Shown one piece after another: positions 36,661-49,100 of a DNA stretch of 64,000 nucleotides. The notes under the pieces are model-generated. The model was not told where the DNA came from, searched no databases, and saw only the letters and a program-made list of their open reading frames with translations. Made by a program: the position numbers and the translations under genes. Numbering within the stretch: position 1 is the stretch's first letter; the number at the start of each line of letters is the position of its first letter. Location of the stretch: positions 2,728,001-2,792,000 of the forward strand of contig JAMWBK010000001.1 of the NCBI GenBank assembly GCA_029953675.1, in the 5' to 3' direction. The DNA is from Rhodosorus marinus CCMP1338 (lineage: Eukaryota; Plantae; Rhodophyta).

Positions 36661-36780
36661 TCAGCTGTATGTACAACCAGAACCGCCAGGGGGAGGTAGG
36701 GTTCGAGGTCGTTGCAGGCGCCGCAAGTCCCTCCCCCGCTCCCCGGCGCACACGTTATTGTTGTTTTTGGCCTTTTGTAG

Positions 36781-39498
36781 CTACGAAAGATCTTGCGATG
36801 ACAGAACATCACGTCGAGAGCTGTTAAAAAGCATTCCCCACCACCCTCTGCTGTTGGATTTCTTCAGCTCCTTGCCGCTCGAGTCCGAGTCTTCGTCCTC
36901 CTCGCTGAGAGCTCCGCCCTTGGTTACCGCGTTGTCGACAATCTCCTCAAGAATCGTTTTCACGGCTTGCTCAACCGTTTCCTCCTTCGGCTTGGGCTTT
37001 GGTGACATCTCAAGCAATGCAAACGAACGAACGCTCCGCTCAGAGTACACAGAGTCCATCCCAGCAGAGATTTGCCTCCGAAACTTGAGCTGCAGTGGTG
37101 GTTGGGAGAGAGACTGTCAGCAATACAGCCAGAACAGCGCTTCTCTGAATCAGTTGCTACTTCGACACCCTTACCAATGACATTCGGTTATCATTTGGAC
37201 TGGTTGGCACTTCGCCGATGACAGACTCCCGGAGCATCGATGAGAGCAACAGAAGCGCAGTGTCTCTTGAGGTCCAATAATCCTGGTGTGCTTTCATTGC
37301 TGAATACGCCGTGCTCACTTCCTCAATCGCTGATACGACCTAAGAAATTCGAGCGAGTGCAGTAGAGGCCTCTCCCAAGTAAGAGATTTCTCATCGGAGT
37401 CGGCATAGCAGCACCAGTCTTGCTCACCTGCAAGGTGTAGTCGTAGCGTCTGTACTGATCGAGATTCTTGCTGGAATTTGGAGTGGGCAACTCGGGGGTG
37501 CCGTTCGGTGTAGGCAGTGCCTCTTCCTGGTTTTCTGCATCAAGCATCTCTCGGGGCAAGTTGTTGGAGCTTTTAGGCTTCCAGAAGCCACCAAGCCACT
37601 AGAAACAAAAAAGCAAGGACACATTGATTAGCAACTTTCCCATCCTTTGCTCTGCTCTTCGTGTCCGAAGGTTACCTTGACCGCATTCTGAGTCTTGTCC
37701 AAAGTTCTCCAATGCGGAATGACAACAGGCGGAACTGGCGTATACCGGTCGTCCACAACCGGCTCTAGCCTTAAAGCGACCGGATCGTTTGGATGAAAAA
37801 TGTTGTAAATTCTGTATGGGAGATCCTGCGGTTTCAAGCACAAGGTTCCTAACCCAAGCCAGATGTATAGGCTTAGAAAAAATCCCGGACTCTGACCCGA
37901 AAATGTGCCGAGCAAGGTGTAAACCTTACCCAGCTTGAACTCAAGCGTTAGAAACCCTCCCAGCGGAGATCCGAGCGCGTAGATGCTCTCGACTTCGAAA
38001 TCAAGCAAAAGCCCTTCTGACTTGAGCAGTCGAGGATCATCAGTGACCTGCCTCGAAGCAATTTCATATACAATAATCCCACCCAACGAGTGACTGAACA
38101 GGCAGACCTAGTAGTACAACCACCAGAGCTCCCATGAGCCTTAGAAATCAGCCAATTCGATCGGGAAAGTGAGGTTTCTCTTCGTCACAGAGTAAAATAC
38201 ATACTTTCCCATTGAACTCCGGATGTCGTTTTCTGAACTCCGAGTAGTGTCCATTGAGCTGGGTAACGACCTCTTTCCACAGAAAATTTCGAGTACGATC
38301 TCTTGTGTAGTATAACAAATCCAACACCCGGTTCATTACAAACTCTCTGAGAGCATTGCCACCTTGAAAGTTTGGTATGATCTTCATCATATCCTCATGG
38401 ATCTAAAGTTCATTGAAAAGTTGACCGTCTTTATCAGGTACTTCTTCAAGGCTCAATACCAACAAAGGAGCAGATGAGCAGAGGATAGGCAGGATGAAAG
38501 GGCATAAAGATGTAGCGGCCTTAGACGGGCCTACATCTTCACCACTCTTCTGGCCCTGTGTATCGACCTCTCATCGAGGGTAGAGTCTTGTTTACTATCA
38601 TACCTTTAAACGCAAGACTTCATCTCTCCAGTGAACGACAAGTACTTCAAGATTGAAGTCCAGATCTGGAAACATTCTGTTCTTCACTTCGTTGCAAGTC
38701 TTTAGCAAGCTTCCAGCGTTCTAGGACATTGGAATTTGGGGGGACGTAAGCTCTATCTTCCTGCTGGATATTGGCGTTATATATACATATTTTTTCTTCC
38801 TCACCTTCTCCAGATTATCGCCTTTGGTACCAATGCCGTGGACCACCATCATAACTCGATCGACTCTGACGTGGTTTGGGACTTGTTTCTGGAGGATACG
38901 GAAGAAGAATGCAACTCGTGTGGTTAAGAAAAACTTCTTCTTCACAGCAAGCTGTAAGAAAAATCGACGAACCGTTCTGATGTTGTTGATACCAGTTTCC
39001 ACCCCAGGAGGCTCCATCGTCGCTATCGGCCTCGGCGGAGGAATTTTCTTCCGAGCTGACGCGCAGACCGTGAGCCAGTACTGCAGTTCCAATTCTCTAC
39101 ATTCAAGAAAGCGAGAAATTAGGCGTTTCGGGTAAGATTCAGGGACTTTGGTCAAGTTGCAACGGAAGACAAGGGGCGTACGTGAAGGCCTTAAAGGAAT
39201 GCGTTTTCCCTATCTTTTCAAAGACATCAAACTCCAGCGGTCGTTTCACAGGATCAGATACCACCACCTTTGCATTAAACAGGCTGATGGATCCCATCAT
39301 CAGCCCGCGGTACCCAGACTTCTTATCGAAAAAGTACAGCTTGGACCCCTTCAGTGAAAACCAGTACTTATACCACCCAAGACCAGACCGTTTCATTAAA
39401 TAACCGCAGGCATCCGGCTGTATTACCCTCTCCAGAACATCCTCGGACAACAGGCAAGAGTCCAAATCCCTTTCAGAACTCATAGACTCACGTCCCAT
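36781..39498 (-). CDS. PH domain + DDHD phospholipase A1-like protein, spliced
   Basis: PH: CGYLMKRSG..WYKYWFSLKGSKLYFF. Lipase/DDHD: VMMVVHGIG, FSHSLGGIIVYE, IYALGSPLG, YNIFHPNDPVALRLEP. Confidence 0.85.
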
Positions 39499-40708
39499 CC
39501 TTGCTTCTTTCACACACTTAAAAAAAAACCAAACTACCCAAAATATTTAACCTAACCATCCCCCCCACCCCCCCTCCCTCCCCAACTCCCCCGGTTCTCA
39601 ACGAAAACTGAAGAAGTATAAAAAAAAAACTAAATTTCCATAGCTCTCTCCCAGGAACTCTGCTCAGACAAGCATTGCCTCAGTCCAGAGCCTCCTTAAC
39701 CCTCTTCCGAGTCCGTCCAACTACGTTTATCCCCATCGAAAACGATCACCCCAACCCCTCCCCCACTGGCGAAATGCTAATCTAAGCGTCATCTCCTTAT
39801 TCAATCAAATTATATAAACTTACTCTAAATTTACAAAATTTATCATTTTATCAATCAATAACTTGACCGGATGAAATAGGCTGATGACACTGTCGTAGAT
39901 TCCCGGCAGTTCCCAGTTGGTGGTATCTCGACCGACTTATTCGGTATAAGTGTCATATATTATTCAGTCTTTTTAGATGGATTCAGGTGTTTAATAAGAA
40001 TATTTAGCCTATATTGATTGAATTATCAAGTGACGGTTAGAGGTTTTGGCGTGGAACTTTTTCGTGGGGGTTGGAAGGTGGGGTGGTGCTTGGAGTTGGC
40101 GGGGTTTGTCCTAGTCGACGTGTGGAGGCCCCGTGCGGCTGTTCTGAGAAAATTTTTGAAGAGGATGACGTAGATTCCTTGCTTACCAGTGAAATGCTCG
40201 CCTCCAGTGGTCCGATTCAGAATTTTGTTTTCTTTTCCTGAGCGAGGAGAGCTTCTTGATCGCTCTTCGATGATCGATTCTGCCACGAACCTGAGCAGCT
40301 GAGATAGCTTGTTGACCGATTTTATGCGGCGCTCAATCTTCATGAGCACAGTGCCAGTCCGTGCCGTCGATTTTAACAGGCCTTGAAGCGAACTTTTCCC
40401 GACTACTGAGCTCATGGACTACTGTGCGGGTACGAGGCCATTGGCAGGTAGCGGAGAATGCTCATTCATGGCGGTGATGCGCAGGCTCCGCTAGACCAAA
40501 GGTCTGCGTGAGAATTCTTCGTTTATAACTTAGGAACCGGGATCCGTAAAATATTCGACTCACATGCGGGGCCCCGGGGTACGGAGCTGCTTGCGACAAC
40601 CAAAAAAAATGACAAAACTATGTAATTCGAAGGGATTCTTGCACACGAGGTGGCTTTCCATATGACCCTAACCGTGCAATGTGAAAACTAGATCGCGCGC
40701 TAGTTAAT

Positions 40709-41896
40709 TCAGCTTCGCGGGTACCCTCTTTCCTCTCGCAGCACTCGATTCTGACGACGCTCTTCCTCCAGCTGAGTCTCTACCTGGTTGAGAATGACTT
40801 CTGAACGTGTCCTATTGACTTCAACGGAAGCTCTGAAGCTGGCGATCTGAGACTCAGCTTCTTCCCGGAGCAGTTCGGATTCCTGAGCGAGCTGTTCCTC
40901 GTACTCTACTTTCTTCTTTCTCATGTAAGCTGTCGCGAGGCTGGAACCAAGCGACGCAATCTTTTGGGCCCTCTGCCGCATGCGCTTGCGGAGTTTCCTC
41001 TCCGTCAACGCGACCTTATCTTCGATGGCCTTGATCCTCCTCTCCGTTCTCATCTGTGCTTTTCGCTTGAGCTCCTCTCTTGCAGCGGCATAGTCCAGCG
41101 CTGTACTCTGCTTGTCCACATCCACAACGCCTCGTTGCGAGCTGAACCTGTCCTGAAGGATATCCAGCTCTGTCTTCAGAGACTTGAGCTCGCTCTCCAT
41201 CGATTCTTTGCAGGCTCTAGCCTTCTTCAATTCCTCCTGGAGCCTTTCTGCATATTCTTTCCTTCTTCCGGAATCAGGTTCATCTGTTTCTCCCCGCTGG
41301 TCGTCGAACTCTGATCCCGAGCTGTGCTCCTCGTTAGCCGACTCGTCTTCTTCCACATCCTCAATTTTCATCTCGAGATTCCTCGACAGGGGGGGCATTG
41401 CAACGTCTGACTGAGTGCGATCCTCTTGAAAAACTTCTGCCACAGGTTTCTGTGGACTGGGTCTGCGTTTAGTTGGGGTTGGAGTTAGAATTTCCAATCC
41501 TCTTCGACGTCCACCCTTCGATGGAGTTTTTATTCTGTCAGGCGTCCGAACGGTTTCCAGAGGGATCGGTTGTGTGGGAACCGTCCTATTCGGAGAAGCA
41601 ATTTGGTAATCATCCACATTTCTTGCAACCCCAGCGCGTGCATCGCGCGTAAAAGACTTCTCTCGCAGTCCCGCGAACCCTGCATGCCTCGTTCTGCTGC
41701 CTCCTGACGAGCTTTTTCCCGAAAATCGGGCAGAACTGGAGCTCGGTTCATCGTTACCTCCCCCCGGTCGCGTGTTCCCTTCAGTTCTCGGGAAGGGCTT
41801 CCGATTCGATACAGAAGTCTTATCCCGTTTTCTCTTCTCCTCTTTCCATCTTTGCAGTCGCTGTCTCAGTTCAAGCTGCTGCTTTTCAAAGTCCAT
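40709..41896 (-). CDS. Uncharacterised coiled-coil protein; 3' end uncertain, probably further exons
   Basis: Long ORF from MDFEKQQLELRQRLQRWKEEK with a disordered middle and an E/K/R-rich heptad C-terminal half. Confidence 0.7.
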   Translation of the reverse strand: MDFEKQQLELRQRLQRWKEEKRKRDKTSVSNRKPFPRTEGNTRPGGGNDEPSSSSARFSGKSSSGGSRTRHAGFAGLREKSFTRDARAGVARNVDDYQIASPNRTVPTQPIPLETVRTPDRIKTPSKGGRRRGLEILTPTPTKRRPSPQKPVAEVFQEDRTQSDVAMPPLSRNLEMKIEDVEEDESANEEHSSGSEFDDQRGETDEPDSGRRKEYAERLQEELKKARACKESMESELKSLKTELDILQDRFSSQRGVVDVDKQSTALDYAAAREELKRKAQMRTERRIKAIEDKVALTERKLRKRMRQRAQKIASLGSSLATAYMRKKKVEYEEQLAQESELLREEAESQIASFRASVEVNRTRSEVILNQVETQLEEERRQNRVLREERGYPRS

Positions 41897-42008
41897 GACG
41901 TGTGGAGCTCGAGATATCCAATTTGTCAACTCATCTGCATCAAAAAAAAAAACACCTCCAGCTCCAGAAAGAATGCGTGGACCAGTTCCACCAGTCAACG
42001 TTCTCAAG

Positions 42009-43174
42009 AGGATCCAAACCGAGCAGATCGGACATCCAGTCTATTATTCATAAACCGATTACTCGAAGCACACACTAAGCTGCTCATGACGATAACGATA
42101 ACGTACTATCAGATTTTCCCTCCCACACGGTTGTACAATCAGCACACAAGTCTTCCTCCCGACGAGTCCATTTCAATCAATTCCAAAGTAACGGCTATGT
42201 CCGTAGCTTGAATTTTGAAATAAAGGAATTTATAGGCTAGACACAAAATTAGAAAGATCTCGTTGGTAAGTAATCATTATGAGCAAAACTATTTTCAATA
42301 TTCAATATAAATTCCTAGAGTTAGAAAAAGTTGTCTGTAATGTAAGACATATTGGGTATTTCCACGGCTCATTGGCACGTATACTTCGAGCTAAGTCGCA
42401 TGAACGCTCGATGGAAAGATTAGCACAGTAAGAGCTCTGACCATATCAGTAGGACGCTGGCTTGAACAAGTCTGGCGCATAGTCCATCGGGCTTGGCGTC
42501 CTGTTTTTCAAGCTGCCCTGTTCAGTCCGCCCTCGGCAGCGAAGCCACAGTCATCAAAGCTTGAGCTAATGAAATTGCCGGGGGGAGGGTTAGGGGGGGA
42601 CAGAAAGACCTACAGGCCTTCATCATCTGTACCGCAACACATCCGTACCATAACCACGTTTCCTGAGTTGTTGTTTTTCTTTGCAACTGCCAAGGCCTTT
42701 CTCCTGTACAGTCACCCAACCATTCGTTCCAGTCAACGCTCGGGAGAACCGGATAGCAGATTCACGAAGAGGCGTGGGCTTGTTTAACCCATCAAAACTG
42801 ACATGCGAGGATAATCATGTCCCTTCTTGAGACTTTGTTGACCCTCCAAAACCATCTCCCATGCATCCAAGCACCATAAGTTTGGCATAAATAAGATGTG
42901 CTGGGGGCATGGGGGCATTGGCATGCCCCATTGCAGGGGCTCCCATCAGTGCAATATTGATAAAACTTCGATGGGTAAGCATTGAGTTGGGGCACAACAT
43001 GAGGCAATCGGACAGCCCCTATCCCAGCGTATTTACCATATCCAATAATACAACTAAATTATGTATATCGAAGATCATTCGTATAATGAAAATAAATTGA
43101 ACTGAAAAATAGATTACTAATAGGATCCAAACCGAGCAGATCGGACATCCAGTCTATTACTCATAAACCGATTA
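42009..43174. repeat. 1.06-kb segment flanked by 53-bp direct repeats
   Basis: aggatccaaaccgagcagatcggacatccagtctatta(t/c)tcataaaccgatta at 42009-42061 and 43122-43174, one mismatch. Confidence 0.92.
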
Positions 43175-43384
43175 TGAAAATTCTTTTAGAAGATGGACCT
43201 GCTTCTTTTTGAGAAGCAGCAGCTTTTCACCAGGCACTTCCAGACGAGCTCCTCACCTTCTGCAACCAAAGAAACCCCTACACCAAGCATTGGGGCAAGA
43301 CTTGGTAGATCAGAAACTGTCCGAGCTTACTGGAATCGCCGATATGGCTTGCCGATACGGGATCAAAACCGTCGAGATTGTCCT

Positions 43385-43721
43385 GCAAGAGGTTTGGGCA
43401 CCATATAGATATCCAGGTACTAAACACGTGATCTCTGTGCCCAACTCCATTACTTCGTAACTCGCATTCGGAAAGCATGCGAAAAGTAGTCGGCAACGTG
43501 AAGGAATCACTGGCTTGGGGCAAAATTGGACCTGCTGAAGAAAATGTATGGTACTGAGGCGCTTTTTCATCTACGCAAGGACCGAGGAGAAAAGCTAGCG
43601 ATTCCTTCACGATACGGAATACTTGTCGAATCCTTTCCGAATGGGAATTTCGAAGTAACGGAGTTGGGCACAGAGATGACGTGTTTCGTACCTGGATATT
43701 TGTATTGCTCAAAACCCTTGC
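43385..43721. repeat. Imperfect inverted repeat, arms about 130 bp, spacer about 75 bp
   Basis: 43385-43516 is the reverse complement of 43592-43721. The 50-bp core has 4 mismatches. Both arms read Y(R/K)YPGTKHVISVPNS(I/V)TS. Confidence 0.93.
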
Positions 43722-44576
43722 TGTGGCAGAAATCCATGCTCAATGGGGTATACCCCATGACCACCTTAATTTTGTCAAAGTCAGCTTGTACTAAAATATC
43801 ACTCCGCGTACTAAATAAAACAAAACCCTAATTTCTCACGACACGCGTCCTTTGAAATCACTCAATTTTTCTTTAACTAATCAATAAATGCGTTAAAAGC
43901 CCTTATCCATCCTATGCCAACAAACTTCAAACCCCCTTCTCCTCTCGGACCAAAAAACTGAAAACCAACATTAAATTTATGAATAACAACCTTAGCAGAC
44001 ACAAACACCCGATACGTGGAGGGGGTTAGAGACGCCAGAAAATTTCTCTAAGGAGATTCTGACACTGAACCCGATGTCCTTTCGAATTGCAAACACAACT
44101 ACTTGGCCAGACCATGTTTGATTGAATTGGATTGAATAAGGGGAATTTTTTCTTTTAATGGGATCTCGTCCGGGAACATCGGTTGGGGTGTTGAAAGGTC
44201 CCGAGATGCTCCGAGATGGTTATCGGTTGAGTTTTTGGAGGAGGTTGGCTTCTATATATTCTGGTTGAGGAGGGTTGGAGAAGGGGGTGTGGCTGGTGAG
44301 TTGTTGGAGGGGGTGGTGTTTGCGTTGGAGATAGGCGAAAGACGAGAAGGAACTAGCGGTTTTTTTGTAGCTTTTGGAGTCCCTCCGGGGGATTTGTCGG
44401 TTGGCGCTGGTTTTGGGATGGAAGGGGCGGGCCAGAAGGTGTTGGTTTGAGATGATGGGCTGATGGTTGGACTGATCTGGTCGTTCGATATTGTTCTAGA
44501 ATGAATTTGAAGAGTTTAGAGAGATAAGTAAAGTGCTTTTTGGGTGCGGGATTTCGTTTTCGGCGGCGAGGTTAGG

Positions 44577-47500
44577 ATGGACTACGCCGGGTTTTGTCTG
44601 AGCACGGGTTGGCTCGGAGCAGTGGGGAAAGTTAGTACTCCCTTCACTTGCAGGCTTCGCCCTGAGCGAAGGGCCCGTGGTCTAGTACGTGCCAGTTGGG
44701 ACGATAAACCGAGGTACAGACCGGATATCAAAGGGCCACGTCGTAGAGCTGACTTCTCATTGAAGAAGGTGAACGACCGCTTTGAGATGTACAAAAATGG
44801 TATTCTTGCTCCAGACGAGAATGCGCTCTTTACAATTTTTCGCGATTATTCTTCGCTTGGTCTGCCGGACAAGGTGGTTGAGGTATGAGAATAAGGCTCT
44901 AGGTTAGACAGCCAAGACCTCCATAGCCAGAAACTGTCTCCTGACGACTTTTGTACGCGGCAAACTCGAAACAGGTTCAGGAGTTTATGGAGTCCTGCGG
45001 GTTCGAAATTACAGGGAAACACTTTTTGGCTCTCATGCAAGCTTTCATCAAGGCTAGACTAATGAGCAAGGCTCTTGATTGCTTCGATGAGATCAAGGCT
45101 AGAAACTTGAACGTGGGCTGCTATTTCTATAGCCAGTTGATTGGAAGCTTCGGTCGCGCGAAGCGCCTAAACGAGGTCAGATTCCTGAGAAAAATGGTTG
45201 AAGAGGATCAAGTGAAACTTGACATCTACGTGTACAACGCCTTCATCGACGCCTTCATGAAGAATGGGGACACGAAAGGCGCCAAGGCGATGTTTGATGC
45301 TCTTGCGGCTGAAGAGGACCTCGTACCGAACGCCGTAACGTTCAATACGCTTATCAACGGCATGGCCCGGCGAAGGGACCTCGACGGTGCCCTGCAAATT
45401 TTCCAAACGATGCAGGAATCTGGGGTTAAAGCTGACGTTCTGACCTATAACAGTCTGATTGACGCGTCAGCCAAGTGCAATGACACCGCACGCGCTCGAA
45501 AGTACATCGCAGAAATGGCCGAGGCCGGCATCAAACCGACGACTGTTTCTTACAATTCCTTGATATTCGTGTATACGAATCGCAGGGATATGAGGGTAAG
45601 CAATACCCCTGCAGCCCAGAGTCAGCTGTACATGAACCAGCAGTTAGAATTCAGCCGTTTTGGTCGTTGCGAAAACCGGTCGCTCAGACTAACCCTGTTC
45701 GCTCTCTAACCCCGTAGAATGCGAGAAAGGTGGTTGAGGAAATGGAGAGAAGTGGAGTGCCACAGGATCAGATTACCTACAATACTTTGCTCAGCGGCTA
45801 CGCGAAGCGTGGGGATGTAGAGGGCTGCTACCAGTGTTTTTCAGAAATGCTGAGGAGAAAACTCGAGCCCAATACTATCACTTTCTCTTGTCTGATGACC
45901 GCGTTCGTAAAGAGAGGCGATATGGAGGGGGCGCTTGAAGCAGTGGCGGAGATGAAGAGCAGACAGGTAAGAAGTCCGTCCCTTCCCCTCGGCCCGGGTA
46001 CTGGAGACACTAGTAAGGGACTGGGTCTCAAGCCTTGCTTTGCTTGAAATCGATAGATTCCCCTCGACGAGGTTGCGTACAACACTCTAATAGACGGGTT
46101 TGCGAAGGTCGGGGACTTTGACTCGGCGACTCAAACATTGAAAGAGATGGATGCATCAAGATTCCAGCCTGGTACTATAACCTACAACTCATTGATCACT
46201 GGATTTGGGAAGGTTGGCCGCGTTGAGGACGCCAGGAGCCTCTTCAATGAAATGGGTCGTCGAAACGTGCGCAGAGACACTGTATCGTACAATGCTTTGA
46301 TTTCAGCGTACGTCCGAGTTGGTGATATTGAAAATTCTGTCAAGATCGTTGAAGAAATGAAGAAGCAGAGAGTGAGGTAGGGTGCTCGTGATCAACCACT
46401 GCGATTTGAACGAGGTAGGAACTGAACTGGATGAATCCTAATCTGTGATGTGGTACTGCACCAGGGTCGACGCGACAACGTATAACGCCATCATTGATTC
46501 GTACGCGAAGAAAGGGCTATTTGAAGAGGTGTGGAAGTGGCTTAGTCACATGAACGAGGCAAAAGTCAAGCCAGACTCGGTGACTTACACCATTCTCATA
46601 GACGGCTTATTTAAGTCTGGAGACTTTGACGCTGCCGTTGATGTATATGAAGAAATGCGGAAACAGCGTCAACCATTGTCATTAATAACTTATAATATGC
46701 TAATCAGTATATTTTCCAGGAGGAAAGTTTTGGACAAAGTGCAGTCGCTTCTAGGGGATATGAAGCGAGAGGGAGTGATGCCGGACATCATCACCTACAA
46801 TTCGCTGATCGATGCCTACTGTAAAAGCGATGATCTGCTAAAGGCCGTGGAAACGTTCGAAAAAATGCTTACGGAAAACGTCAAGCCGAACACAATTACT
46901 TTCAACACGCTTATTGAGGCACATGTGCGGCAGGGAGACATTGAGGGGGGTTTAATGGTCTTGGAGGAAATGGAAACACACGTATGATATCTGAAACGTG
47001 AAACTTTGCAAAACTGTCCTCGGATGTAGAGGAACGGACGGTTCCGTAGCGTTGTGTAGAGGGCTGCTATGCGATTTCAAGTCCTGATTAGCTTTTTCCT
47101 TTCTGTTTTGCTTCTCTTTGCAGAGGGTCCGTATGGATGGGATAACCTACAACACGCTCCTGAAGGGTACGGCAAAGGAAGGATTAATCGAGGAGATGGA
47201 AGAAATTTTGGCACAGATGCTAGACAAACGAATTAAGCCGGGAACGATAACAATAACGGTTGTTGCAGAAGCCTGCGTTGAGAAGAGGAGGCTCGATGTT
47301 CTGGAGAGACAATTTGAAAAGCTAAGAACCGCTGGAGCGAAACCAGATGCTATGGCGTATGCGCACGCAATCGCGGGTTTTTGTAAAGCAGATGATACAG
47401 AGGCGGCGGACAAATTCGTCGAACTCATGAGAGAAGACAAGGTAGAGCCTATAACACACGTGGTCAACGCCTTGGTATGCAGCAATTGATCCTTCGTTCC

Positions 47501-49100
47501 AGTGAGACGATCCTAACCTGCGATGGGTGATGCTAATCCGACTGCTGCGAATTTTTTTTGGCATGGTACAACATAGATGCATCCCGCTCTAAGCGATAAC
47601 GAGACGGCCAAGGCGATAATGGACGACCTTTCGAAGAATGGTGTCGACCCAAGCGTTACCTTCATGCTACTCGTTGACAGATACGCTTCTGCAGGGGATC
47701 TTCCTAGGCTTTTGCATCTGATTGAAACATGGAAAAAGTCTGATTTGAGGATCGACTTGTACCCGTACTTGGCAGCGATGAACTTGCTCACGAAGACGAG
47801 CAAGATCAAGCTGGCACGAGGACTTTACGCGGACGTTAAGGAACAGAGGCTGAAGCCATCGCTTGCATTGATTAATTCGTACGTCGAGATCCTATGCCAG
47901 GGAGGTGCTCTGGAAGAAGCAGCGAGGACTGTCGAGGAGGACGTGCATGAAGGAAATGAGGAAGTGGTTATGTCGTATAATATTCTGATAAGCCACTTCT
48001 TGAGGCTAAGGTATGCGACTGCTGTGACCACCGTTTTCTTTCGTAAGATTCATGAGATGATGTGCCTCTGACTTCGAAACTCCTCCCGCTTCAGCAGATA
48101 TTTAACAGAGGCACAGGAAACCTTGCAAAAACTGGAAACCAGATCGAGGCCCAACGTTGTAACTTATAATACTTTTATATCATCATTCTCGAAACGGGGT
48201 GAGATGGACTCTGCTGTTTCAACATTTCAGGAGATGAGACGACGAGGAATCGAACCGTCCGTAGTCAGCTATTCAGTGCTGATCGTCGGCTTTGCGAAGA
48301 AATTGAAGTTCGACAAGGCGCTGGAGTTCTTCGAAGAATTGCTCGCAACAAATATCCAGCCCGATCCTATTGTGTACAGTGCTATGATAGACGTTTTTGC
48401 GAAGACTGGAAATCTCTCTGGGTGAGAATTTCATCAATATGTAAGGCTGTGAGAATCACTCGTGCTTTTGGAGCTCACAACATCGAGAATCCTGTGAATT
48501 AGGTCAGAGAGTATTTACCAAGAGATGCGGGAGAAGAGAGAAAAGCAATCTCTAGTTGCGTACAACTCCATGATCAATGCTTACGCAAAAGCACGTCAGA
48601 TCCCACAAGCGCTTGCTGTCCTGACTGATATTGCGGAGGACAATTTGAAACCGAACGTCGTATCGCACAACATCATTGTGAGCGCTTACGCGCGAGCGGG
48701 TGACGTGGAGAACGCATTGCTTTGCTTTGATGCTATGAAAAGCAAGGGACTGGAACCGAATTCTTTCACGTACAACTCGATCATCGACGCGTATGGCAAG
48801 GCCCATGACCTTGACGGGGCGATTGAGATGTTCGAGGAAATGTCTGAGGAGAGCGTCCCAGTGGACATTGTAACCTACAACACGCTGATGAGTGCAGCGA
48901 ATAGAGTGGAAGACTTTGAGCAGGCTGTTAATATCTACGAGAGCTTGCAGGCTAACAAACAGCTGAATGCAGATCGTATTACATATGACCTAGCCCAGGA
49001 TGCCTTTCAGAAACTTGGTGACTCTGCGAGGGCAAGAAAAGCCGCTCGCGCGAAGTCCAGACTTAGGAATCCCCGTGGAAGTCGGAGGATGAGAAATTGA
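44577..49100 (+). CDS. Very long P-class PPR protein (about 30 tandem 35-aa repeats), probably plastid-targeted, spliced
   Basis: Consecutive motifs such as NAVTFNTLINGMARRRDLDGALQIFQTMQESGVKA, DIITYNSLIDAYCKSDDLLKAVETFEKMLTENVKP and NSFTYNSIIDAYGKAHDLDGAIEMFEEM. Start MDYAGFCLSTGW. Confidence 0.95.

Noticed and set aside
42900-43000. GGMGALACPIAG...KLR...GH resembling malate synthase
   Set aside because: A short, low-identity match by eye with stops nearby and no flanking motifs.
43193-43235. MDLLLFEKQQL resembling MDFEKQQL at the start of the coiled-coil gene
   Set aside because: Only an 18-bp match, in the opposite orientation to the flanking direct repeats, with no extension.
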